Shown here: positions 9,905 through 18,758 of the stretch, piece after piece
How the letters are laid out: each line of letters begins with the position of its first letter
Position numbering within the stretch: the stretch's first letter is position 1
Source of the DNA: a virus
Taxonomy: Duplodnaviria; Caudoviricetes
Length of the DNA: 64,000 nucleotides
Direction: 5' to 3' (one strand)
IMG/VR virus record: IMGVR_UViG_3300025267_002170
Program-made: the position numbers and the translations under genes
Notes under the pieces: model-generated
Database searches by the model: none
What the model saw: the letters and a program-made list of their open reading frames with translations, nothing else
Told to the model about the DNA's origin: nothing

Positions 9905-10897
9905 TTACGGATTGTTGGCGTTAGCGTTAGTAACAACCAAATCGTTAAAGTTTGAGTATGAGTAGGTAATCGTAGCGTTTCCACCACCAGTATCTGCACC
10001 AGCGTAAGATACACTCTGTAGCTTATTCTGAAGACCTAGGTCCAACTTAGTTGAATCACCATGCACTAGTGCGATATAATGATTGGTCAAGTTGCTAGCG
10101 TTTGTACCCAAGTTACCAGAGGCACTTACCATGTCACCAGAAACCGCAATGCATTCGAACTCTGACGAAACTTCTACGGGGAAGGTAACGTATCTGTGAT
10201 AAGGCTCGAAAGCGCCTAGTTCGAGAATTTCTTCACGACCTAGGTCAACACTAACGGTAATGTTCTGGAGGTGACAGGTAGAACTCCAACCACCACTGGC
10301 GTTTGCAGTAACGCCATCGATGTCGAGAGGTAGAACCTGACTCGCCTTGATAAGGTTTTCTCGTCTCTGAACACCTGACGGGGGAGTGTCTGTAGCAAAA
10401 CCAAGAGCGCCAGCCATGTTGCTTCCGCCCCAAACCTTATCGTTACCAACGAGGGTAACAGACTCGGTAGAACTTCCGTCAACAGGAATGGTGTAACTTA
10501 CTGAAGATACATACATGCCTGAGCAGAATACTGTACCTTGAGGAGTAGCACCACCAGCGTTATCGGCAGTATCAGCATAGATGCCCAAGTAGACATCGCA
10601 CCGGTCGTTCTGACCGTAAGAAAGACTGCCAGTACCCTTGGGTGAAGCCATCAAGTAGATTAGGCTATGACCATCGATAACCTTTTCTAGTGTAACTTCT
10701 ACGTCGGGAATGGTTTCGATGTTTTCATAAATGGACAACTGGCCCATTTCGAAGACTTGCTCTAGTTCAAAGTTGGTAGTAATGCCAGCACTTTGAAGAC
10801 CCTTAATTACATGAGCCTCCGTGAGTGTGCTCGCGGGGTCGTTCATCGGAACGATGCAGACGGCCTGAACCGCCCAAAATACTCTATTGTTAGCCAT
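9905..10897 (-). CDS. Major tail (tube) protein
   Basis: 330 aa, beta-rich and G/S/T-rich (GLQSAGITTNFELEQVFEMGQ). Has its own late promoter and an AGGAG RBS, and lies between neck genes and chaperones. Confidence 0.7.
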   Translation of the reverse strand: MANNRVFWAVQAVCIVPMNDPASTLTEAHVIKGLQSAGITTNFELEQVFEMGQLSIYENIETIPDVEVTLEKVIDGHSLIYLMASPKGTGSLSYGQNDRCDVYLGIYADTADNAGGATPQGTVFCSGMYVSSVSYTIPVDGSSTESVTLVGNDKVWGGSNMAGALGFATDTPPSGVQRRENLIKASQVLPLDIDGVTANASGGWSSTCHLQNITVSVDLGREEILELGAFEPYHRYVTFPVEVSSEFECIAVSGDMVSASGNLGTNASNLTNHYIALVHGDSTKLDLGLQNKLQSVSYAGADTGGGNATITYSYSNFNDLVVTNANANNP

Positions 10898-10942
10898 TTT
10901 AGGACTCTCCTTTTAGATTCTCTTTGGGAAGAGGACTATTAT

Positions 10943-10952
10943 ATTATACACC
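10943..10952 (-). promoter_or_regulatory. Late promoter motif GGTGTATAAT
   Basis: Same 10-mer lies upstream of five structural transcription units (10943, 18749, 24798, 27952, 30213). Confidence 0.7.
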
Positions 10953-10958
10953 AAAATA

Positions 10959-11957
10959 CTATATTGATGACAAAATCACTTCTGTTCTCGCCCTGACTAT
11001 TCCAGTATACAGAGAGGAATGAATCATGTTTAAGTCTTGAACAGACATATTGTCAAAATATAGTCGAATATCCCTATATCCACCATCGGCATTTGTCTTA
11101 ACCATGTCTGGATAAGTCAAAGCACCAGAAGCAACCGACTTGTCAGTCAGCATGCCTTTGTGGTCTAATGGGAACCTGCCAGAAGTTGCAACCTTATCAA
11201 TATCATACATCCATATAGTTTTTTCATTTTGCAAAGATACTACATCTACGAGTTTGTCTCTCGTATATTCATCGTCAGCTACTACATGAAACAAAACATC
11301 AGTGTTCACGAATTGGCCACCGCCTAATTGATATCCCCTAAAAGTTCTTCTAGGAACCATCTCTACAGCGATGGCGGGCAACTGAAGTCTAGTTTGTCCT
11401 AGCTGTCCCCAGTTACCGGAACTTGAATAAGTAAAGAAACCATCATCTAACTTTTCTGGGTCTTCATGAAGTTCTCTAAACCAAGGAAAACCATTGGCGT
11501 AGTTCACATCAACCCACTTGTGTGTAAAAGCTGCGGTGACAGTGCTTGTAGCACTTATTGCATTAGTAAAGACTATTCTACCGTTAGAATAATCAATATA
11601 GTGGTCGTAAGTAGAACTATAATCTGAGTGAGAACTATTCAACGCCCTAAATGTGCCATCTACAAAAACGCCAGAAATGGCTATAGGCGCTGGCGATGTT
11701 GAGACACCGCTTTCCCAAACCCAGTTCCTTTTAAATCCTTCCCATATTTGTCCATTTGTAAAGTTTGGGTCGTCTACTAGGCGAAGCTTATGCATGTCGC
11801 CACCGTAAACTCCCGTGGAGGTTATATCTACATTAAGGTATCCACCCTTATCCATCAGCCCCCAATCAAAAAACGCGATTAGGTTTAACTGAATTTTAGC
11901 AGAAAGGGTCGTATCCCCTAAATTATCAAATCCTTTTAGTTGGGTATAATCGGGCAT
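10959..11957 (-). CDS. Putative tail completion/terminator protein
   Basis: 332 aa; LPAIAVE-type motif; directly upstream of the tail tube gene. Confidence 0.5.
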   Translation of the reverse strand: MPDYTQLKGFDNLGDTTLSAKIQLNLIAFFDWGLMDKGGYLNVDITSTGVYGGDMHKLRLVDDPNFTNGQIWEGFKRNWVWESGVSTSPAPIAISGVFVDGTFRALNSSHSDYSSTYDHYIDYSNGRIVFTNAISATSTVTAAFTHKWVDVNYANGFPWFRELHEDPEKLDDGFFTYSSSGNWGQLGQTRLQLPAIAVEMVPRRTFRGYQLGGGQFVNTDVLFHVVADDEYTRDKLVDVVSLQNEKTIWMYDIDKVATSGRFPLDHKGMLTDKSVASGALTYPDMVKTNADGGYRDIRLYFDNMSVQDLNMIHSSLYTGIVRARTEVILSSI

Positions 11958-11961
11958 TTCC

Positions 11962-12615
11962 TTACCTTAAACTTCTCTGTATTGCTTTGGCTATTTCGCC
12001 TGCTCGTCTCGCAAAGGCTCTAGTAATAAAATTATTATCCTCAGTGCCTGAATACGATGGCGGAACTCTGAAAGTTCCTTTTGGAACCATAATCCCCATT
12101 GTGCTTCGGCCCATATCTTTGGCTTCAAAGTGGTAATCCCCTATTAAGATTTTATCTCCTAAAGTGAGCAACCACTGTAGCCAAGGAATAGTATTAGCAT
12201 CACCTTCTCCATAAAACACATATCCTTCAGGAAGAGATAGGAGGTTACTAAAATCGTCTGGTTGAATATATATTTTCATTCCACCTCTTAAACCCATAGA
12301 AGACCTTGCAGAAATCACTATATTTTCAACCTTAACAGAACTAGACACCGCTTTCACAATCGCATAAACAACAGAGTCTTCTTCACCCTTACGAATTCCA
12401 AAAACTGCTTGCAAGTCTCCACCCTGCAAAGACTGTATTTCTGGAGACGCAAAAAGCAATTTTTCAGTGAGCTTTTGCATTTCTGTAAAAATTCTTGGCT
12501 TAGCTTTATTGAATATGACGTTAACCTCTTTGGCCACGGCCTTCATTATCCGTCGTTTTATAACAACATCTGTTTCTAATATTTTGATTGAAATTGTCAT
12601 TATGACCTCTTCCAA
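11962..12615 (-). CDS. Putative neck protein (HK97 gp10-like position)
   Basis: C-terminal GT..NNFITRAF; synteny. True start is probably 12600. Confidence 0.45.
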   Translation of the reverse strand: MEEVIMTISIKILETDVVIKRRIMKAVAKEVNVIFNKAKPRIFTEMQKLTEKLLFASPEIQSLQGGDLQAVFGIRKGEEDSVVYAIVKAVSSSVKVENIVISARSSMGLRGGMKIYIQPDDFSNLLSLPEGYVFYGEGDANTIPWLQWLLTLGDKILIGDYHFEAKDMGRSTMGIMVPKGTFRVPPSYSGTEDNNFITRAFARRAGEIAKAIQRSLR

Positions 12616-13094
12616 AACATTGCAAAGTATCTGTTCTGTTTAAAACCGAAGGGGTAGTACTCGCCCTCTTTCTCAAAATCTAGAGGACCATGCCCTTTGA
12701 TTTGGTCGTGCACAATTAGCTTAGTGGCTTTTGCCACCTTCGCATAGTCTGACAGATATCCTATGACCTGAATAGTATTTTCTGGAACCTTGGTTTGAAA
12801 GCCAAAGTTAACCCACTCCTTTGGGTTCCAGTATACTCTTAAAGTTATTGACTCAATAACTTCAGTAAGCTTATACTGAGCGTCTCCAAGAGGCATACTT
12901 GTGGAATAGGACTGCGGACCACCAGACCTGTATATACTAGACCCCCTTCTGGGTAATCCGGCAGAAGGTCTTCCGGTTATGGTTTCTCTCTTTGGCGGAT
13001 ATACCAACGTACAAGTGACGCCAAAATTATCAATCATGGCGTCTGCAAATTCATTATATTTAGTGAAAACACTATTGGGTATATTAATTGCCAT
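12600..13094 (-). CDS. Putative head closure protein
   Basis: 164 aa with FGVTCTLVYP; synteny. Confidence 0.45.
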   Translation of the reverse strand: MAINIPNSVFTKYNEFADAMIDNFGVTCTLVYPPKRETITGRPSAGLPRRGSSIYRSGGPQSYSTSMPLGDAQYKLTEVIESITLRVYWNPKEWVNFGFQTKVPENTIQVIGYLSDYAKVAKATKLIVHDQIKGHGPLDFEKEGEYYPFGFKQNRYFAMFWKRS

Positions 13095-13118
13095 GCCAAA
13101 CCCCTATGCCAACATATG

Positions 13119-13325
13119 TTATAGTATGCCGGAATCGTCAAACCGCTGGTCAATAATTGCGTTTAGGAACGCCATTCCACTAGCATTATTTATAGCTGGA
13201 ACTATAGTATGATTGGTATCAAAAGCCGTTGAATCACTATGTCCCAATCCCTTCGGGGCTAACACAACAACAGAGCCATTATTTTCTGTTGTATATGAAC
13301 CCTTAACATTTCGCATTATAGCCAT
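13119..13325 (-). CDS. Small hypothetical virion protein
   Basis: 68-aa ORF within the operon, GGAG RBS. Confidence 0.55.
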   Translation of the reverse strand: MAIMRNVKGSYTTENNGSVVVLAPKGLGHSDSTAFDTNHTIVPAINNASGMAFLNAIIDQRFDDSGIL

Positions 13326-13328
13326 TGA

Positions 13329-13853
13329 TTAATCTCCGAAATAACTTTGTCTTGTTGATGTTCCATGTCTACCTATTGATTCGCTGCCGGGAGAGTATGG
13401 AGAAAAGATTGCCTGACCAGCCCTGCTTCCCCCCGCCTTGTATTGCATGACAGCATGGTCAAACTTCTCGCACAAAACACCGTATAAATTATTAAGACCA
13501 GCAGTAACCCCTCTCATATCTATACTAGATGGGCCATCTCTTAGCACAAGCGAGTTGAGGGCGTTAGTTCTGACCTCGCTGCCTATAATTACACAAGATG
13601 TCTTTAAGCAAACAAGATTTATAAAAGCGTTATCTTTTTCCCCAGAGGTTGGGTCTGGAGTAAGGGAAAGACCATCTACGTCTACAACGTAGGTATTGTT
13701 TGGGGGGTCGTCGAAATCAATTTCGTTTAATAGAAGTTGGGCGCTTACTAGTACAGTACCTTCCAATCTTTCGTCACTAAAAGACTGATTGGAATCATCT
13801 AGGTCATTTATTAAATGTCTAACTATCAATACCATTTCATTTTGCCAACTCAT
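13329..13853 (-). CDS. Putative head-tail adaptor
   Basis: VRHLINDLD...FSDERL N-terminus typical of adaptors; synteny. Confidence 0.55.
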   Translation of the reverse strand: MSWQNEMVLIVRHLINDLDDSNQSFSDERLEGTVLVSAQLLLNEIDFDDPPNNTYVVDVDGLSLTPDPTSGEKDNAFINLVCLKTSCVIIGSEVRTNALNSLVLRDGPSSIDMRGVTAGLNNLYGVLCEKFDHAVMQYKAGGSRAGQAIFSPYSPGSESIGRHGTSTRQSYFGD

Positions 13854-13863
13854 AATTATTCTC

Positions 13864-14175
13864 CTAGGAAAGGTTTCTATAAACCTTAAAGGATGTTATG
13901 TCTGTACTAAAAGTATTTCCACCTATTATGACTTTGCCCTGCATTTTCCAAACTCCGTCATCACTCAAATCGCCATCTACAGAAACATATTGCATTTTCC
14001 CATCGGTTCCATCGGTAACAAATGACGTGCTCTTTGTTAGGATTGTTCCTCCGGGCTTCTTAAAATGAAGCTGCTTCGTGCTGGCTGTGGATATGTCTAC
14101 GACAGTAGTGCCGTCTTGAACGGTAACCGTGAACTGCGTGCCAATATCACCCTTGTGAATTTCGTTAGCAGCCAT
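13864..14175 (-). CDS. BppU N-terminal-like small structural protein
   Basis: GD...FTVTV.DG...DIS.A...FKKP.G...DG.MQY...GDL...G.W pattern. Confidence 0.55.
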   Translation of the reverse strand: MAANEIHKGDIGTQFTVTVQDGTTVVDISTASTKQLHFKKPGGTILTKSTSFVTDGTDGKMQYVSVDGDLSDDGVWKMQGKVIIGGNTFSTDITSFKVYRNLS

Positions 14176-14176
14176 T

Positions 14177-17100
14177 CTATCTCTCCAGTGTGAACTCTAC
14201 TTCTCTATCTACATACAGTTGCTTTGCTCTTTCCCTGTCAACATTAAGGGTTACCGCAAGCTGCTGGTCTATGTAGGACGTGAAATCAGGAGTTCTGCTA
14301 ATATAATTAGTGTTCTCAAATGCCTGTTGTATATAAAGCGTAAACAGTACTATATCATTAGATTTTAGATTTAACAGCGCGGCAATGCTTGCAGAAGAAG
14401 ACAGGCTTCCAGTATGAAGCAATACCATGGCTCCATGTGGAGACAATACGCCTTCTGAAGTTATTGCCAACTTTCCTGAAAGTGTCTTTAGTACATTGTT
14501 ACCGGCAAGCGTACCAGAACCCTGTAATGAGACCGGTCCTCTAATAGATAATACACCATTTCCAGCCATATTTGCTGTTGAACCATGCGCAGTCTTCGCC
14601 TCTACAAATTTACCTATGCTAGCTGCTAATGCAGAATCTGCATAGAATAGATTGCTTAGTACTGCCTGTCCTCGCATCGTAGACTTTGTCGGTATATCTA
14701 AGGCGCCGCTCGCACTGAACGATGCTGGTCCGGTTGATAAAACTATCCCTGATTTGCTATGGCCGCTGGACTCTGCTGCAACTGTTGAAGAACAAGAGAT
14801 ACTTACTTCTGCGAGATGGAGTATGCTTCCTGTAGCTCTTAAGTTTGCTAGAGTAGGCTCTCTTCTGATATTTCTTGGTGTATAAATATCGTATGGGTTT
14901 ATATATAACTCTCTTATGTCCCTATCAGGTAATGCTCTGTTATAGACCTTTACATCAAATATTCTTCCGTTAAAAGTATATGAACCTTTTTCTGAAGCAA
15001 TATACGAAGAGCCAGTTCCTATTCCCAGCGTTTCAGTTGACACTCCTGATGTTTTCTTTTCTCCGTTGACATAAAGACCATATGAACTTTTTCCGTAAGA
15101 AACTGCTATATGCGTCCATTCATCACTATTGATTATATCAGCAGTAGCAGAAAGCTTCTTCCACGTTCCATTTAGAACCATCCAAGATTCTAATCTTCCT
15201 CCATTCAAAAGCAATTGGTAGGATTGGTCTGGACCGTGAAATATTACCTGAGTTCCGCCGGTTGTTTTTGGTTTAATCCAAGCTGATAGGGTTACTTCAT
15301 CTGTATCAAAACAAGAATCATATGGTACTTCTAACCACTCTCCACCATCAAAATCTATGCACCTTCCCTTATCCCCATCTGTCACCCAGTCATCTGTAAG
15401 ACTTACGGAAGAGAACTCTGCATTATTTCTGTTGGGTCCAACGTCTCTAACTATGCTTCCAGCGCCTTCATAGAATAGCCACGCTGAAACCAAGTCCTGA
15501 GAAAGCCTATGTCCAATATCTATTCTTGGTAGTTCTGGTCTAGATTTAGGTCTAATAAATGGATATGCGCTTCCAGCCCCTATGCTTACCACATGATGCT
15601 GTACTACAGTTCCGGCAGCCGACATGCTGGATATAGAATCAATAACTACGGGCGTAGTAACGTGGTATATTCTTTTTGGAGCCGTGTAAGGACCAAACGG
15701 GTTATTCTTTAACTCGTTTACCTCAGACGAAATAAGCTCTCTGTTGAATAATATGGCATTAGTAATTGTAGCGTCTAAGTATTCTCCATCATAACTTCCC
15801 GGCCTACCCAACCCTCTAAAATATAACGTTCCTGATTTAACCGGCTGATTACTATCCTTTACTCCATTTACATAGAGGCGTATTACGTTATCAACATCTC
15901 TTGTTAAGACAACATGCTGCCATGAGCCATACTGTACCCTTGTAGCTAGGTCTGTAAAAGCACCGTCTCCTTCTAGGTAGTAGTACGGCGAGTGCTTCTT
16001 AATGTAAAAGGAGTGGTTGTTGTCTGTTAGACCGGCTATCGCTTGCCAGTCATAATTCATTTTATTCGGCTTAATCCATATGGAGAAACTAAACGCGCCG
16101 GAAAGCTCTATGTCTTCTGAGCTTAAATACTCATTAGTCCCATCTAGAGTTAGAGCGATACCCTTTTCTGTAACCTCCCAGTCTGTGGAGGCATCCATAT
16201 TGTTAAACGAAAGGTGGCGCCCTATCCCAGATGTGTCTCTAACTGTAGAACTGTACCGTTCATAGAAAGGCCAAGCAGCTATTATGCTGTCTGAAAAGGC
16301 GTGACCTCTGGCCACAATTGGTAGGGCGGGCTTTGTCTCAAGCTTTGGCTTGGACTGGAATATAATTCTGTTTAACCCCTTCGTGGTCGCGTATCCGTCT
16401 ACGCTGAAGGACGAAGAGCCTGTTAAAGAGCACGCCCCTAATCCGCTCTTCCTTAAAATAGCGGATAAAGACGCCGGTCCTGTTGATAAAGATATTCCTG
16501 AAATCTTTAGCTGGCCGTTGGCAGAAAGTGAAGCAGAGGCGCTTATTACAGAGGCACCTATTTTTGGGGTTTTTCCTTCTCCAGCGAGTGTTGCTTGACC
16601 CGAAAGACTACAAGCAATGCGAACAATTATTAACCCTTTGACACCTAGAGTAGCTGGTCCTGTAGTAAGAGAAATTCCAGCAACGTCTTCGGCTCCCTTG
16701 GTAGATAAGGAACCGCTTGCAGACATGGCGCTCGCTGCAACAATGCTTATAACCTCGTCGGCAGCAAGGGTTGCAGAACCTGAAATTGTAGACGTTCCAA
16801 CAGAAACCCTTCTTGCGGTAGAAGCCAAGGACGCCTGTCCAGACACGGCGCTTTTTGCGTAAACGTCTAGTCTTCCTGTTACGCCAAGAGTAGCTGGTCC
16901 TGTAGCAAGAGAAATTCCAGCTACGTCTTCGGCTCCCTTTGTAGACAAAGTGCCGCTTACAGATATGGTGGTCGCTGCGACAATACTTATAACTTCGTCA
17001 GCAGCTAGGGTTGCAGAGCCTGAAATCGCAGAGGCTCCAACAGAAACCTTTCTTGCGACAGAAGACAAAGACGCCTGTGCAGACACAGAGCTTTTTGCTG

Positions 17101-17404
17101 GAACGCTTAGTCTTCCCGTTGCGCTAAGAGTGGCCGGTCCAGATACGGCACCTTTTGCTGAAACGCTCAGCCTTGCTGTTACGCTAAGAGTAGCTGGCCC
17201 AGTGGTTAGAGAAGCACCGGAAACATCTTCCTTCCCTGCTGTTGATAATGAGGCTTGGGCAGAAAAAGAGGCTGCGGCCAAGGATGTTTTAGCTGCTTTA
17301 GCACTAAGCGCACCGCTAGCGCTAACAGAAACAGACCCTAAATGGGCCTGTCCTGCGCTGGGTGTTGATAGAGGAGTTTCACTTAGTGAACTGAACCCTA
17401 ACAT
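14177..17404 (-). CDS. Fibre/adhesin with Ser/Ala-rich repeat stalk and two LamG (ConA-like) domains
   Basis: Two LamG motif sets (FSIWIKP...WQHVVLT...LYVNG and LSAWIKP...WTHIAVS...LYVNG...YNRAL); ~20/80-aa repeats. Confidence 0.8.
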   Translation of the reverse strand: MLGFSSLSETPLSTPSAGQAHLGSVSVSASGALSAKAAKTSLAAASFSAQASLSTAGKEDVSGASLTTGPATLSVTARLSVSAKGAVSGPATLSATGRLSVPAKSSVSAQASLSSVARKVSVGASAISGSATLAADEVISIVAATTISVSGTLSTKGAEDVAGISLATGPATLGVTGRLDVYAKSAVSGQASLASTARRVSVGTSTISGSATLAADEVISIVAASAMSASGSLSTKGAEDVAGISLTTGPATLGVKGLIIVRIACSLSGQATLAGEGKTPKIGASVISASASLSANGQLKISGISLSTGPASLSAILRKSGLGACSLTGSSSFSVDGYATTKGLNRIIFQSKPKLETKPALPIVARGHAFSDSIIAAWPFYERYSSTVRDTSGIGRHLSFNNMDASTDWEVTEKGIALTLDGTNEYLSSEDIELSGAFSFSIWIKPNKMNYDWQAIAGLTDNNHSFYIKKHSPYYYLEGDGAFTDLATRVQYGSWQHVVLTRDVDNVIRLYVNGVKDSNQPVKSGTLYFRGLGRPGSYDGEYLDATITNAILFNRELISSEVNELKNNPFGPYTAPKRIYHVTTPVVIDSISSMSAAGTVVQHHVVSIGAGSAYPFIRPKSRPELPRIDIGHRLSQDLVSAWLFYEGAGSIVRDVGPNRNNAEFSSVSLTDDWVTDGDKGRCIDFDGGEWLEVPYDSCFDTDEVTLSAWIKPKTTGGTQVIFHGPDQSYQLLLNGGRLESWMVLNGTWKKLSATADIINSDEWTHIAVSYGKSSYGLYVNGEKKTSGVSTETLGIGTGSSYIASEKGSYTFNGRIFDVKVYNRALPDRDIRELYINPYDIYTPRNIRREPTLANLRATGSILHLAEVSISCSSTVAAESSGHSKSGIVLSTGPASFSASGALDIPTKSTMRGQAVLSNLFYADSALAASIGKFVEAKTAHGSTANMAGNGVLSIRGPVSLQGSGTLAGNNVLKTLSGKLAITSEGVLSPHGAMVLLHTGSLSSSASIAALLNLKSNDIVLFTLYIQQAFENTNYISRTPDFTSYIDQQLAVTLNVDRERAKQLYVDREVEFTLER

Positions 17405-17407
17405 ATA

Positions 17408-17815
17408 TTACGATGCCTTGGTTTCGTATACTTCTGCACTTATGGTAATTGCATTCGAAGAAGAGTTATTTACAGCATATACCTTAAACCCTTTAGCACT
17501 AACTGGAATTTCTACAGTCTTTCTAGCTGGGTCTTCCGAATTGGTATCCAAAGTCGTAACATGCATTGCGTGACCAACAGTATCATACTCGTCGGTGGCG
17601 GCGCCGTCCGGGTCTCCTGTTGTATACAATATATAGAAATCTACTGTATCTCCAGTAGAAGGAGTGCTACCGTTATCACACTTTGTGGTAATCATTGCTG
17701 AGACAGAAGTGGAATCAAACGTGTGCGCATCGCTTGTAGCATTGCTGCTAGCAGAAACGCTTACAGAGCTTGCCCCGCTCCATTCGACCTGTCTATTAAC
17801 TTTGGTAACAGCCAT
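17408..17815 (-). CDS. Hypothetical structural protein
   Basis: 135 aa, S/T-rich, within the operon. Confidence 0.65.
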   Translation of the reverse strand: MAVTKVNRQVEWSGASSVSVSASSNATSDAHTFDSTSVSAMITTKCDNGSTPSTGDTVDFYILYTTGDPDGAATDEYDTVGHAMHVTTLDTNSEDPARKTVEIPVSAKGFKVYAVNNSSSNAITISAEVYETKAS

Positions 17816-18273
17816 TATGGCCTCGCTTTCTGAATCTCATCTTGCTGAAACCTAAAGCCTAACCCCAACTCCTCGGCCCTGCTTGCTTGCTTGCTTGCTA
17901 AAGAAACAAGGTCATCCTTATCTGAAGAATCTATTACTCCTTCAGAAACCAACAAGTCAAGCATTGCCTCCCTATCGTGGAGGTTGAGGTCTAGGTCAGT
18001 CCCGTCTCTCTCTACCATGGTTCTAGCAGCCCAAGCAACCGAACGAAGTTCGTCGGACTTAGTTTCATCTTCTGCTATTCTGGTAATTTTTACAAATCTT
18101 CCATTCATTCCAGCCCACGCTAGAAGGTCATCCGAAAGGATGGATGTAAGAACGCTGCGATTGACCTCTAAGAGAGATTGTATTACCTCTAAGTCACTCA
18201 TAGAGGAATACCCTCTCCCAAGCGGGTCATTGAGCAGTTCATCTTTAAGAACTGTCATATTCATTGTGACCAA
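17815..18273 (-). CDS. Hypothetical protein
   Basis: 152 aa, translationally coupled to its neighbour. Confidence 0.65.
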   Translation of the reverse strand: MVTMNMTVLKDELLNDPLGRGYSSMSDLEVIQSLLEVNRSVLTSILSDDLLAWAGMNGRFVKITRIAEDETKSDELRSVAWAARTMVERDGTDLDLNLHDREAMLDLLVSEGVIDSSDKDDLVSLASKQASRAEELGLGFRFQQDEIQKARP

Positions 18274-18276
18274 CCT

Positions 18277-18702
18277 TTAGGCTAGGGTTATATCGATATC
18301 ACCGGCATTAAACTTAAAAGTATCGCCGCTGAGAACAATTCTTGGCGTTGTGAGAGAGCCGTGGAAAAGAATGTTTCCGGCAGCTAGAGCGTCTACAATA
18401 GCCACTCCAGAAACATATCCCCAATCCGCACTGGCTGCGGTAAACTCGATGGCCGCTGTGTTCTCGGTATCTCCAGCGGTTGTTGGAGCATCCCACTTAC
18501 TGTCGCCATTACTGCTGGGAACGCATCCAGAAGCTCTGGCATAACCAGCGCCAGATATTTCGTTTAGCGTACCACCAGTTGTAGCGTCTGTGGGTACACC
18601 ACTTGTCAAAGCGATGTAAATACCTGCCGGTTGTGAAAACGCTGTTCCTCTAAAAATGTGGTTAATTAGAGCGGCCTCTAAATAATCGGACATTGCTGAC
18701 AT
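18277..18702 (-). CDS. Phage fibre-associated structural protein
   Basis: MSAMSDYLEAALINHIFRG...YIAL...E.SG.GYAR...N...I.F..A...WG...GNIL, a common phage family. Confidence 0.65.
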   Translation of the reverse strand: MSAMSDYLEAALINHIFRGTAFSQPAGIYIALTSGVPTDATTGGTLNEISGAGYARASGCVPSSNGDSKWDAPTTAGDTENTAAIEFTAASADWGYVSGVAIVDALAAGNILFHGSLTTPRIVLSGDTFKFNAGDIDITLA

Positions 18703-18748
18703 TTTGTATCTCCTTTAGTTTTTTTAAACATAAAATCCATTATACTAA

Positions 18749-18758
18749 ATTATACACC
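18749..18758 (-). promoter_or_regulatory. Late promoter motif GGTGTATAAT
   Basis: Upstream of the 18702 start. Confidence 0.7.

Noticed and set aside
9905-11957. Contractile tail sheath
   Set aside because: No sheath-sized gene or motif beside the tube gene. Baseplate genes lie outside the window, so morphology remains inferred.
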